Below are positions 1-12,652 of a DNA stretch of 64,000 bases, piece after piece (within the stretch, counting starts at the first letter, position 1; each line of letters begins with the position of its first letter). The DNA is taken from NCBI GenBank assembly GCA_965112735.1, contig OZ218955.1:2666001-2730000 (forward strand), in the 5' to 3' direction. This stretch comes from Phaeosaccion multiseriatum. Taxonomy: Eukaryota > Protista > Ochrophyta, other classes. Below the pieces are notes generated by a model that was not told where the DNA came from, ran no database searches, and saw nothing but the letters and a program-made list of their open reading frames with translations. Made by a program: the position numbers and the translations under genes.

Positions 1-328
1 AAGTCAGCGTGCTTCCTTCCACCTTGCAGAGAGACTGCTCAACCCCGTATCGAGCAGGCTCGTCGAGAACGTGAGACACTCTCATTTGCATGCGCTTTGC
101 CAAGACAACGAGGTGCTGTACAATCCCCTGTTCTTTATCCACCACATCTCGCCCCCCGCCCAGCACGCTCAAGCCAACAGCAATGGGCGTCTTTTCGCTC
201 GGGGCAAGCTTCAATCAACTGCCGTGCATGCAACCAACTCCTGATGCTGCACTGCACTGCACTGCACTGCACTGCACTGCACCACATCGCTGGCCCCCTC
301 AGCAAAGCCGGCACCCCCCTCCCCCTCC

Positions 329-452
329 AAGGGCCAAGCAGGCCTCACAACTCTGACTCTGCTTGCTCTGAGGGCCAAGCAGGCCTCACAACTCTGACTC
401 TGCTTGCTCTGAGGGCCAAGCAGGCCTCACAACTCTGACTCTGCTTGCTCTG
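329..452. repeat. 41-bp tandem repeat, about 3 copies
   Basis: agggccaagcaggcctcacaactctgactctgcttgctctg is repeated head-to-tail with no spacers, downstream of the transporter stop. Confidence 0.9.
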
Positions 453-596
453 CTTCTTCTTCCCTTGGGGGGGGGGCACGCCACCGAGGCGAGGCGCATA
501 GCCATCAGTCTATCAGTCTATCAGTCTGTCAGTCTGTCAGCCCGCTCGTCAGTCCAAGGAAGGGCGTCAATCACCAGTCAGTCCGTCAGCCGCCCG

Positions 597-3500
597 TCAG
601 CCCACTGGGTTCGAGGACCCCCTTCCCCACTGCTGGACGCTGACCCCTGAGGAGGCCAGCATGGCGAAGATGCCCGCTGCCATGAGCCCGACATCGAGGG
701 CGTAGCGCCATTTGCCAAGCCGCTTCACGCCGAACAGCTGTACACACACATGGAGATGGAGAGAGGGAGGGAGAGGAGAAGACAAGAGAGAGGGAGAGAG
801 AGGGTAGAGAGGGGGGAGAGAGGTGGATACATATGAATGAGCACACGTCCCCCTCAAGGTAGTTCCTCCTGCGAGCAGGCAGCCCCTTCCCCTATGAAGA
901 GCATGACCTGATGGCCCACTCGCCCTCTCTCTTCCATCCCCACCCACCACCATCGACTGCCATCCCTCCACCACCCCCTTGACCCCTTTGTCTCGTCTTT
1001 CGCCTTTGACCAACCTGCAGATGGAAGGCGACAGGGAAGACGAGTGCGAGAGGCACCGCACACAACCCGCACACGAGCCCCACAAACGCGTCAAAGGATT
1101 GGCGAGCAAACACCGCCACAAGGGCCGACAGACCCACCATTACAGTGCGCAGGGCTGGGAGGAAGGGGGGGGAGGCAGGGAGGGATGGGAGGGAGGGAGG
1201 GACGGGAGGGAGGGAGGGACGGGAGGGAGGGAGGGACGGGAGGGAGGGAGCGAGGGGTCAGTGGTGGTGGTGGCCGTGTGTGTGCGTGTGTGTGTTATGT
1301 GTGTTTCGATGCCCCTCCTCACCGTTCTTCCCCCACTTGCGGCGCACACTGGGCAGCTTGCCGTGCTCCCTCCAAATGAGCCTCTCCAGCACCTTTGTAG
1401 GTGTGGCAGAGGACGAGGGAGGGGGAGGGGGGAGGAGGAGAGAGGAGAGAGGAGGGCGGACAGAGGAACGGAGCGGAGACACACCACAGCGGCTCAGGCC
1501 AGGCCATACGTCAGGTTATGCATTAGGACAGGAGAAGGGCCAGGAGAAGACATGAGGGCCGCATGAGGGAACATGCACACACGCGCACGCACGCACCCAC
1601 GCACGCACGCACCCACGCGAGAGAGACTGAAGATAGAGGGAGGGAGGGAGGCGAATCCTGACCTTGACGGCAGGGAAGAGCTGCAGGGGGAAGGTGAGGA
1701 TGACGGCTACGCAGTACGCAAGCTTGGCCACGTTGCCGAGAGCGTTCCCGGGGGGGATCTCCATGGTCACAAACTCGGCTGTCTGGGGATGGGATGGGGG
1801 GGGGGGGGGGATGGCAGTGGATGGATGGGGAGGGGACGGCAATGGATGGGGAGGGGAGGGGTAAGAGGAAGAGGATGCAAAGAAGAGAAGAAGGGCACAA
1901 CGCATGGGGGTTTGTCCATGTGCATTCATTCAGCCCATCCACTGCCATCCTCGCTCCGGGAGTGGGAAGGAAGGAAGGAAGGAAGGAAGGAAGGAAAAAA
2001 GCAAACAAAATAAAGGGGCAGTGGGGAGGCCGTCACCGCAAGTCGGGGCAAGAACAGCAGCCAGTAAGGTGCCAGTTTCAATTTCGATGCAGTTGATTGC
2101 GCCCATTCACTGCCATCCCCCCGCTGACCTTGGCCCCATAGGCGAGGTACCCCGCAGCACCGAATCCCCCATAGAAAAGCGTGATGCAGAACATCATTCC
2201 GCACACGAGGCGGGGGAAGGACGAGCGCCGGGAGGGATGCATCGAGTCCTGGATGGGGATCACCTAAGGATGCATGGCAGTGGATGGCAGTGGATGACGA
2301 AGGGGAGATGACAGTGGATGGCAGAGTATGGCAGTGGATGGCTCGTTCGCTCGCTCACTCACTCACCACAACCACTCTCTGTCTTGACACCCACCCACCC
2401 ACCCACCCACTGTCCTGACACCCACCCACCCACCCACTGTCCTGACACCCACGCATCCACCCACTCACCAGCCCCACGGCCTCGAAGCAGGCCACCACAG
2501 AGCCCATGAAGATGAAGCACTTGTCAGGATTGATGAGCTGCACAGCGTAGTGCGACACCCCAGCCGCGTCCTCCTCCCTCGCCACCCCGTCTTGGGAGAG
2601 CTTCAGCGCCACAAAGTACTGTGGAGGGAGGAAGGGAGGGAGAGAGGGAGGGGAGGGGAGGGGAGGGAGAGAGGGGGGGAGGAGAGGGATGTCAGTCCTA
2701 TGCCTTGTTCGTGTTCTCTTTCCCTCACTTGACTTACGCACCAACCAAGCCCCCCTTCTTTCCCCTCCCCCTGACTTTCTGCCCCCGACTGAAGTCTTTC
2801 TTTCCTTGACTTACTGTTTCCTTGACTTACTCAACGTACAAAGCACTCGTGTCCTGTCCTTTCCTTTTCCAGTGTCTGACTTACTGACTTACTGACTCAC
2901 TGACTTACTGTCTCCCCCTTACCATGAGGATGACGAGGCCCACAAGCATGCACACGTTCGCCAAGAACATGCCCAGGCCCAGGTACTTGACACGACGCAC
3001 CCACGCCAGCGGTACGTAGGCCATGAGCTGCCATCCGATGAAGGCGTTGGGCGAGGTCCAGCGGGGGTGCATGGCGGCCCCTGAGCTCAAGTGTCGCACT
3101 GTGCGAGACACGTTGCCGCTCACAAAGATAAAGTACGTGATGCAGTAACCTACCTGGGTGCGTGTGTGTGAGTGTGAGTGAGTGTGTGGGTGTGTGCGTG
3201 TTCGTGCAGAAGTATGTGTGAGAGAAGTGTATGTGTGTGTGTGTGTGCGCGCCTATCCCTCCCTCCCGTCTTGTCCTCCCCCCCCCCCCTCACAACACTC
3301 ACCTGACTGAGCAGCAGCGACACATCCACGACCATCCTCCCCCAAGGCCCCGCAGCGGCATCACCGATATCCCCGAATGACGTCACCACCTGCCCTCCCC
3401 CCCGGGGTGTTCCCCCACCCCGGGAATTGCCCCCACCTGGCTTGCCCCTGACCTCCCCCCTTACGAGAGCACTCTTGCACTTGAGCAGGAGTATCATGTT

Positions 3501-4430
3501 GTACGTGCTTATGGAGGCAACGATCACGAGCGCCACCACCGAGAAGGCCAGCCCGCTGCATTGGAAAGGGGGTGGAGGGGAGAGGGAGGGAGGGAGGGAG
3601 GAGGGAGGGGAGGGAGAAGAGGTGAGGGGATGAGGAAAGGAGGAGGGGCTGCCTCGCTGGCATGAGCTGAGCTCGGGGCAAGTCAACTAAGCTCAAGTCA
3701 AGTCAAGTCAAGTCAAGGTAGGATAAGATAAAAGATACGACAAGAAAAAAGTAAGGCAGGTAAGGGGGAAGAGAAAGCAAAGGAAAGGAACGTAAAAACT
3801 CAAGTGGCTCACTCACCCCTCGGCGAAGAGGTGCGGCATGTAGAGAATGTAAGTGCCGATCATTCCCTTGACGAATGTGAGTACGGTGCGACTCACAGAC
3901 GCGGCCTTATCAGATGCGTCGGGGTGGAAGGGCGTGTTCGGCGGTGACAAGGCCGGTAGGGGTGGTGTCTGTGTCGGTGTCGGTGGTAGTGTTGTCGTTG
4001 ATGGTGTCAAGGAGCGGCCGATATCACCAACTGCTGCGTCTGAGGGGGTGCGCATCTGGAGAGAGGGACAGAGAGAGTGACAGAGCGAGAGCGAGCGAGA
4101 GAGAGAAGAGAGGGAGAGAGAGAGAGAAGAGAGGAAGAGAGGGAGAGAGAGAAGAGAGAGAGAGAGGGAGAGAGGGAGAGAGGGAGAGAGAGAAGAGAGG
4201 AAGAGAGGGAGAGAGGGAGAGCAGCACAGAGGAGAGCGGCGCAGGGCAGAGCAGGACAGGGCAGCGGGATCGTGTAGGGAAAGGGGAAGGAGGGAGGAAC
4301 GGGACGGGTGGCGGAGAAGAGGGGGGAGGAGAGAGGATGATAATGGATGGCAGTGCATGGACGGACAGACGGACCGGGCGGGGGGAAGGGGGGAGGTGAG
4401 TAGAGCAGAGCAGAGCACGACTCTCACACC

Positions 4431-4461
<31 letters not shown>

Positions 4462-4513
4462 ACTCACACTCTCACACCTACCTCTCTGACACGCACACAC
4501 ACTCACACTCACA

Positions 4514-4563
<50 letters not shown>

Positions 4564-4615
4564 ACACTCACACTCTCACACCTACCTCTCTGACACACAC
4601 ACACACTCACACACA

Positions 4616-4656
<41 letters not shown>

Positions 4657-6385
4657 CACACACATACACTCACACTCACACACACTCACACACTCACATC
4701 ACACACACACACACACACTCACACTCACACTCACATCACACACACACACGCCCCCCCCCCCACGAGCCTTCTTCTGTAACGCACCTCGAGCCCCCCATCC
4801 CTGGGGCCTAGACCCTCGTCACTGCTACTACTCGTCGTCCATCTGCTGCCATCCCCTCCCCCTCCTCCCTCCCCTCCCGAGGAGCCGGACAGGTCCAGGG
4901 AGAGCGCCACGTCTGCCAACAGGGGGGTATTGAGGGTGCTGGAGCGGTTCAGCTGCTGCAGACCATACGGGTCATAATGATCACCACCATCATTTCCTCC
5001 TGCTCCTTCACCCTCCCCCCCACCTCGCCCTTTCTTGCCACCCCACCCCCCCCACCAGCCCCTTCCTCCTCCCCCCCCTCCCTCTGCAGCAGTATCGCTG
5101 TACCGACGACTGCCGCGCCGCCCCCCTCCCCCTCCCGCGGCCCAAGTAAAGTTGAGCCACCTTCCCCCCTTTCCCCTCCTGCCGGTGCCTCCCACCGCCA
5201 CGCCGTCGGTGCTACGCCTTCGCCGGCCCTCCCTTTCCCCCTCTCCCTCCTCCTCCTCGTCCTCCTCCTCCCACTGCTCCGACCCCCCACGGGACTCTCC
5301 TACTCCCCAAATTCCGGAGCCTATGCGTGCTGTTCCGTTGTCTCCTCCTCCTCCTCCTCCTCCTCCTCCTCCTCCTTCTCCTTCTCCTTCTCCTCCTCCT
5401 CCTCCTCCGCGTGCTCCGGCCCCCTCCATCAGCAGTAGAGCAGCGACAGAAGATTCGTCGCTACTGCCGCTCTGTGTTTGTTCGTCCGCCGTGCCGCCAT
5501 CGGAGATGGGAGGAGAGGAGAGCAAAGGAGCGGGGGGCGAAGTGCAAAGAGCACACACACACATATAACACAAGCAGAAAGTCGGGAGCGGTGAGAGAAG
5601 TAGAGAGAGAGGACAGAGAGAGAGAGACAGACAGAGAAAAAAAGAGAGAGACAGAACGAGAGAGACAGAGAGACGGAGAACGAGAGAGACAGACAGACAG
5701 AGAGAGAGAGAGACAGAGAGAGACACTGGCCTCCAACTCCACCCTTTGGGGTTGCCCCTCCTATGTCGCCGTCCGCCCTCCTCACCTCCTCTCTCGCCTC
5801 TCTCGCCTCTCTCCCCACTTCCCCTTCGTAAGCTTCGTGACTGCCGCCGCTGCCGCCCCTGATTCTCTTCCGCCTCCTCAAAGTCCTGCTGCTGCCAAGG
5901 TCACTTCGAGTCCTTCGCACCCTCTGCCCGGAAAAGTCGGAGTCCAATACACCTCCCGGCGCCGTGCCTTCACAGCGTCACAGTGTCACAGATGGACAGA
6001 TAGAGAGAGAGAGAGAGAAAGAAATCAAATACAAACAGCAAACCGGCACATAGATAAAAGAGAGAAACAGACAGACAGACAGAGAGACAGACAGAGAGAA
6101 CACATCAACCCAACCAGACCCAAAGCAGCCAGAGAGTAAGTTCATGATCATCACCCCCACCCGCCCCAGGGTCTCCCCCCCCCCCCCCACCTGCCCACCT
6201 GGGTAGCCGCCCCTTGCCAGCACCTCCTCCACATCGAACACGAGTTCCTCCATGAAGCGGGCCACGCGGCTGGGACCAGGGGGTTGGTGATACAGAGGGA
6301 GGGAGGGAGAGAGGGAGGGAGAGAGAAACGGTGTGACGGAGAGAGAGAATTGGGTGAGTGCGTGTGTGTGTGATGTGTGTGTGTG

Positions 6386-6430
<45 letters not shown>

Positions 6431-6655
6431 GGGGGGGACTGACCTGGGCCGTCTGCGTAGCGCGCTGGATGACGATCGAGAGGCGCCTCCCACCCCCCTG
6501 GGGCTTCCCCCTCCCCCCCTGGGGCTATGACCTCCGTGGTGGCTCTGAGCCGTCCCGACCCTTGCCAAGGAGGGGGCACTCGCTCTCCGCCCTTGGACAG
6601 AGCTGTGGCGGCAGAGAGAGAGAGAGAGAGGGAGAGAGATGGAGACGGAGAGGGA

Positions 6656-6692
<37 letters not shown>

Positions 6693-8852
6693 GGAGTGAG
6701 AGAGATGGAGAGAGAGAGCCAGAGAGAGGGAGAGAGGCAGACGGAGAGAGAGAGCGAGAGAGGCAGACGGAGAGACAGTGAGACAGTGAGACAAAGGGAG
6801 AGAGTGAGAGGTTTCGTGTGTTTTAAACGAGACGAGGCATAGGTACCCTCCTCAGAGACGAGGCACGTTATAACATAATAATAATAATAATAATAATATA
6901 ATATAAATAGATATATATTATATATATATATAATATATATATACACCCAAACGCAGAGCTCTCTCAGAGGCGCACACGTACTCCACCCCAAGGGGGCAGA
7001 GCTGTGCAGTACTCCACCCCAGCGCCCCACGGCCCCACACACATACATGCACACATACATACATACACACGTACATACACACGTACATACACACATACAT
7101 ACACACATACATACACACATACATACACACGTACATACACACATACATACACACATACATACACACGTACATACACACATACATACACACGTACATACAC
7201 ACGTACATACACGCATACATACACACGTACATACACACGTACATACACACGTACATACACACGTACATACACACGTACATACACGCATACATACACACGT
7301 ACACGCCCTGACTGACCTGTGCCCCTTGAGGCCCTGCGTGGCCGCGAGAGAGAACTCGTCCTCCTGGAAGGGCATGGCCACACCCTCCGAGCTAGATGGG
7401 GCAAGCACAGCAGTTGGTGATACACACACAAGGACAGCCGTGTGGGGTGGGAGGGCGGCAGAGAGGCGGAGCATGGAGGGGAGGGGGAGGAGGGGCGACG
7501 CGACGAGGTTACAGCAGAGTACGTAAGGGTACGAAATAAAGGGCACGGCGAAGGGCATGCCGAGACAGAGAAGAGTTACTGCTGAGGGTAGGAGAGAGGA
7601 GAGGACAGGAGAGCTTCAACACTTCCTTCCCCCTTCCCCCTTTCCCCTGTCCGTCAAATATAACCAAGAGGATGGCAACCTATGCCAGCGAGACGCAGCT
7701 GCTTCTTCCAGCGTACCTGGCCCTGCGCACCCCGCTGCTGCTGTCGCCGGCCAGCCCAGACACCATATCGTGTATCTGTGGCACCGCTGCAGCTCCGTCC
7801 CTTTCATCAGGAGGGGCTGGCCCCGATAGCTGGGACGACATCGAGAGTCGGAGGCCCTTTAGTAGCCCTTCCCCTTCAGTGGTGCCGGCCTGTCCTACCC
7901 TCCTTCGGCCTGTCCTTTGGCTGCCTCCTGCCTCCAAAGGTACGTCCAGCCCGCTCTCTGCCATCGAGAGAGCAATATCTGTCGGCGAGGGGGACGGTGC
8001 GTCGCTGCGCCGTGCGACGGGTCGATACACCTGGCTCGGGCCTCTCCCTGTTGCTGGTGCTGCTGGTGCTGCTGGTGCTACTGGTGCTGCAACTTCGACC
8101 CCTACTGGGGACGACGCGCCTGAGATCGCAGCTACGCTGGAAGCGGAGAGCTCCCCAGTTTCTCCTTCTTCTTCTCCTTCTTCCTCTTCTTCTCCTCCTC
8201 CTCCTCCTCCTCCTCCTCCTCCTCCTCCTCCTCCTCCTCCTGCTCCTCCTCCTCTTCTTCCTCCTCCTTCTCCTCCTGCTCCTGCTCCTCCTCCTCCTGC
8301 TGCTGCTGCTGCTTCGTTTTGTCCATCTCCTTCTCCTTCAGAGCCTCTGGCGTCTACTTGTGACAACTCTCCGTCTCTGCCCCCTTCCTCTCCTTGTCTT
8401 TCTCCCTCTCCATCTCCTCCAGAGTCTACATCTACTTCTACCTCTGACACCTCCTTTGCCCCACCTTCTCCTGTGTCCCCCTCCCCTCCTCCTCCTCCTC
8501 CTCCTCCTCCTCCTCCTCCTCCTCCTCCTCCTCCTCCTCCTCCTCCTCCTCCTCCTCCTCCTCCTCCTCCTCCTCCTCCTCCTCCTCCTCCTCCTCCTCC
8601 TCCTCCTCCTCCTCCTCCTCCTCCTCCTCCTCCTCCTCCTCCTCCTCCTCCTCCTCCTCCTCCTCCTCCTCCTCCTCCTCCTCCTCCTCCTCCTCCTCCT
8701 CCTCCTCCTCCTCCTCCTCCTCCTCCTCCTCCTCCTCCTCCTCCTCCTCCTCCTCCTCGTCCGCCTCCTCCCCCCGGAGAGGCTCCGTTAACTTCTTGGG
8801 GTGCGGCTCCTATTTGCTCCTCCATAGCAGGTCCTTCTTCCGTTCTTTGCAT
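597..8852 (-). CDS. Amino-acid transporter, AAAP/Aa_trans family (SLC36/yeast Avt3-4-like), about 15 exons, long disordered N-terminus
   Basis: GT-AG exons encode LTFVKGMIGTYILYMPHLF (~3817-4057), YNMILLLKCK...SFGDIG...VVDVSLLLSQ (~3304-3558), PLAWVRRVKYLG (~2921-3150), FIFMGSVVACFE, IPIQDSM...FGAAGYLAYG, AYCVAVILTFPLQLFP, FDAFVGLVCGLCAVPLALVFP and stop at 597. The 5' exons (7717-8852, 7317-7392, 6445-6602 etc.) are linked by splice sites only, so the start is less certain. Confidence 0.85.
6921..7304. repeat. Intronic AT-rich and (ACATACACACGT/AT)n microsatellite/minisatellite
   Basis: 12-bp units atacacacatac/atacacacgtac repeated from about 7040 to 7304, preceded by (TA)n. Confidence 0.9.
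8485..8757. repeat. (CCT)n trinucleotide tract, read as poly-Gly on the minus strand
   Basis: About 270 bp of uninterrupted CCT inside the predicted first exon of the transporter. Confidence 0.95.
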
Positions 8853-8978
8853 ACTCCTACCTCCTCCTCCTGATCCTCTCTAAGACCTCATTTTAATCCC
8901 CCTTTTTTTTTGGCCCGGCTCACCTCACCTGATACAAAAGGATGGCACTGGATGTCGCTTCCGGTTCCCCCCCCCCAT

Positions 8979-9041
8979 TAGGTTTCTCCCACATAACAAC
9001 TCACGGCCTAAAAATAATAACACGAATGGCGAGTTGTTATC
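8979..9041 (+). repeat. Left 63-bp direct repeat with internal 10-bp inverted arms
   Basis: TAGGTTTCTCCCACATAACAACTCACGGCCTAAAAATAATAACACGAATGGCGAGTTGTTATC; arms ATAACAACTC (8993-9002) and GAGTTGTTAT (9031-9040). Confidence 0.97.
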
Positions 9042-9355
9042 CAATAGTTCTCTGTAGTCCGTATGTCTAATAGTACCGTGAAGTGGGGCACCTGCCCCAC
9101 GAAATAATTGTTTTGGATATTTTATGGGCCATAAATGCTCGTTTTTCAAGTTTTTTATCCAATATTTTTTGGTTGTGGGGCATTCTCCCCCCCCTCCCCA
9201 CGTGGAGTTTATTTCATTCACAGCATCAGCATATTTGCACAGTGCAGCTATGTAAGAGGAGCAGCGGCTGCGCGGACGATACCCGGCTGTAACAGCTGAT
9301 GCCAGTGGTGGGAGGGGCATCTCCCACGTGAATTTGCAGGAGAACAGAGTATACC

Positions 9356-12300
9356 ATGGCTGACGTCGCTGTTGCTACGGTTCCGGAAGCACCAGCAGCA
9401 GAGGGGGAAGAAGCACCGCTTACTGCAGAGCAGCAGCAGATTCAGAACCCCCGAAACAACACCATCGCCCCACGCTCGAGAAGTGGATATGCATGCGCCT
9501 CCACGATGCTGATCCGATACCTCTTCCGCAAGCACCCGGAGCTTCTGGACCCTGACTTCAGGACAGCATTTGCTCCACCGGAGGGGGAAGAGGAGGAAGA
9601 CGGGGAAGATGGGGAAGAGGAGGAAGCACAGAGGAGAGCAGCAGCAGCCGCAGCAGCCGCCGCACCTGGCGGAGCGGGTGGTGCCACTGCAGCGGCACAG
9701 CAGACGCCGGCTGAGGTGTCGAGAGCAGCGAAAGCCCAAGCAAAGGCCAAGAAGAAGGCTGAGGCGCAGTGGACGAAGCGGGTGAAGGCACACTTGATCC
9801 AAGCACCTCGGGCGCCGCACCCTTTGCTGTTCCATCTGCTGACAGCCGACGCGTTCTTCGGGTGGCTGCTTGAAGTCAAGAAGGGGCCGAAGGGCTTATC
9901 CAAGGCCGGTGCACAGTCGAAACGCTCTGCACTCTTCAATCTGTACAGAGACTACCATCAGGAGGAGCAGCACCGCAAATTGCAAAGCGACCTTGCGACG
10001 CTCACCAAGGGGCTGAAGAGGACGATCGCAGGAGAGAAGCAGGAGGGAAATGTCGAAGTCAGAGAAGGGAAGGCTCCCATGCCGTTCGCTCTCTACCGCG
10101 CTCTTGCCAAAGGTAAATTCCCAGCTGTGTGGAGTCAGTGGACAGTGGAAACTAGTGGAGTGGGTGGAGACAAGTGGCTGATGCATTGACTGCCCCCCAC
10201 TCACTTCCTAGCCCTGACGCCGTCTTTGGTTGCCACTGTTTCCTTCGCTTGTGTACATCGCAGCAATGCTGAGCTCGGCAGTCTGTGAGAACGGGCACAG
10301 ACAGGGCGCCTTTGGCCACCCCTTCCTCGTTCTCTCCTGGAATCTGATGTGCCGCGCCACCAACTGTGTGGAGATTTGTCTCGATCATCTCGAGTGGAAG
10401 GGGGACGCGCTCTGCGTCTATTTTGGGAAGCAAAAGGGCGACCAGCTGGGAGAGAAGGCCCGACATCCTCGCCACGTCTACGCGAATCCAATCATGCCGG
10501 AGATCTGCCCCGTCCTCGCGCTTGGTGTTTACCTCCTGAGCTTTGGTTTTGAGAAGAACGCGCTGTTCGCTGGCAACAATCAGTACGATAGGTATTGCGG
10601 CTTCCTCAGACGTACGGCGGCGGCGAACTCGTCCATTTTGGAAGGCATGGGGCTGACTCCAGAGGACCTCGGCACTCATTCTGGGCGCAAGGGCGCTGCC
10701 TCGCACGTCACAAGCGGCTCGTCCGCTGCTCCCAACCCAATTGCTGTGCAACTTCGAATGGGATGGTCTCTTCCCGGCGTCCAGGGCATCTACTTCAACC
10801 CCATCAATGCAGCAGATCAGTATGTGGGCCGGGCTGCCTCCGGGGCGAACATCTCAGCGAAGGAGTTTGCATTGCTTCCTCCCTTTTTCAGCGCCTCAAG
10901 GTGGACGGCACAGCGAAGGAGGGCATTGAAGACGTGCTCGCGGGAGCCATTGTGAGCTGCTTCAGGGACGTGCCGCTGAGATTGAGGAAGGTGGCTGAAT
11001 TCTGTCTTGCCAGTGTGGTGTACCACGCCGGCTTTCTGCGCAGCACTCTTCAGGAGAATCACCCTCTTTTCACGACACAGCTCTTCCGAGATCAAAGGTT
11101 GCTGGCGGACCTTTCAGAGCATGTCGTGCTGAAGTATCCGGACGAGACGGACGAGATTTCTGCAACCGGGATTCCTCCCCACGTCGTGCAGCTGAGGCAA
11201 TTCCAAGTCGTGGCGGACAGCGTGGCCTCTCTAGGCGGCAAGCTTGAGGTGTTGGGCCAGACGATCAAGGTCGACTTGGAGACGCTGATCCGTGACGTTC
11301 TGGAGGAGAATGCACAGGCCTCTGGCACTGTCACCAGTCTGGGTGTGAGCAGGGCCCTGCAGACGACCCTCGACGCAGCCTTTTCTAAGAGTGGGCTCAG
11401 CGACCTTCTCGCGGCTCACCAGGCAGGCACTCTGGGCCTTGGTGAGGGTTCGAGCAGCGCCCCGCCCTCTTCTTCTTCTTGTGCAGGTGCAGATCAGCCA
11501 CCTCTGTATCTCTACAACGGCCGGTGGCATACCCTTCCCGAGCACTTTGAGGTCCCTAGCTTCACTGTGCGCGCTGCTTGGGATGCTTGGATGACAGGCA
11601 CTCCTCGCCTTCGAGAATTCACGACAGCAGACGTGCAGGGGAGGGCGGAGAAGCGAAGGATGTCAAAATTTTGCTGTTTGATGGGTGCGATTGAATCCGC
11701 GGCGAAAGAAAAGGGGCTCTGGAAGGACAAGCCGACGCTTGAAGAAGCGCGAAGCATGTTTGACGCAGTCAAAGACGCCTTTGACATCAAGTCTCGTTCT
11801 GATTCTCACAAGCGCCGCTTCAATCAGCTGGTGTGGACCACCGTGTATATTTTATGGAGCGCGCAGCAGGCGGACGCGAAAAAACGGGCGAAGCGGGCGA
11901 GGGCGAAGGAAAGTGGCACTGGTGCAGACGAGTCGAAGGAGGGGGATGGAGGTGATAGCGGTGCAGAGGACGACGAGGAGGAGGTGGCAGCAGCAATGCT
12001 GCTGCTGCTGCTGCTGCTGCAACAGGAGGAGGCGGAGCCGGAGGAGGACGAGGAGGAAGGGGTGGGGGAAGGGGGGCCCAAAAAAAACAGCGTACTGGTA
12101 CTGGTACTGCTTCTGATGCTGCTTCTGCTGCTGCCTCTGATGCGGCCGCTGCGGCCGCTACTGCCGCTGCTGCCGCGTCAGCAGCGCCGTCGTTGGGCGG
12201 CTTGAGAGAGGGAGACATGGCCTTCACATGCTCGTATGGCTGTACTAAGCCCTCGCAAGTCAAGCTGTTCCTCTGCCCATCCGAAAGAGCGTGTGGAAAC

Positions 12301-12405
12301 CTCGTGCACCACATGTGCACCGTCGAGTTTTGCGACAGCAAGGGTTTTGTGGAAGGCGATTTTGACTACTACTGTAAGCCATGCATGATTGAGGACGGAC
12401 ACTAA
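9356..12405 (+). CDS. Crypton tyrosine recombinase (YR + GCR1_C-like region + C-terminal PHD-type finger); one intron and two apparent single-base frameshifts
   Basis: ATG 9356; intron 10113-10263 (GT..CAG) joins ...YRALAK|AMLSS in frame. YR motifs WNLMCR, RHVYANP..PEICPVLALG, GTHSGRKG, RMGWSLPGVQGIY (catalytic R, HxxR, Y). Frame breaks near 10885 (T5 run) and near 11975. C4HC3 finger at 12217-12405. Confidence 0.8.
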
Positions 12406-12652
12406 GTGTGTCTGTAAATATGAATACCATTGTTATCGTGGTAATACCATTATATCGTCATATCATAGCGTAGTATATTTTCCCCTGTAGCAGGGGCAGA
12501 CACACACACAAAAAAAGGAGGGGGGGGGGAAGGGGCGCTACTGGTCCATATTGGGTACTGTACTAAAAATACCCACTTTTAAAAAAATTGGGTACTAAAA
12601 ATACCCACTTTCACCGAGTGGGGCATCTCGCCCCACCAAAACCGGTCATCAA

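Noticed and set aside
329-452. 41-bp repeats as a CRISPR array
   Set aside because: Head-to-tail with no unique spacers, no cas genes, and a eukaryotic context.
7672-8883. Plus-strand poly-Pro (403 aa) and poly-Leu (369 aa) ORFs resembling extensin or formin
   Set aside because: These are alternative readings of the (CCT)n tract. The minus frame has a splice donor linking it to the transporter.
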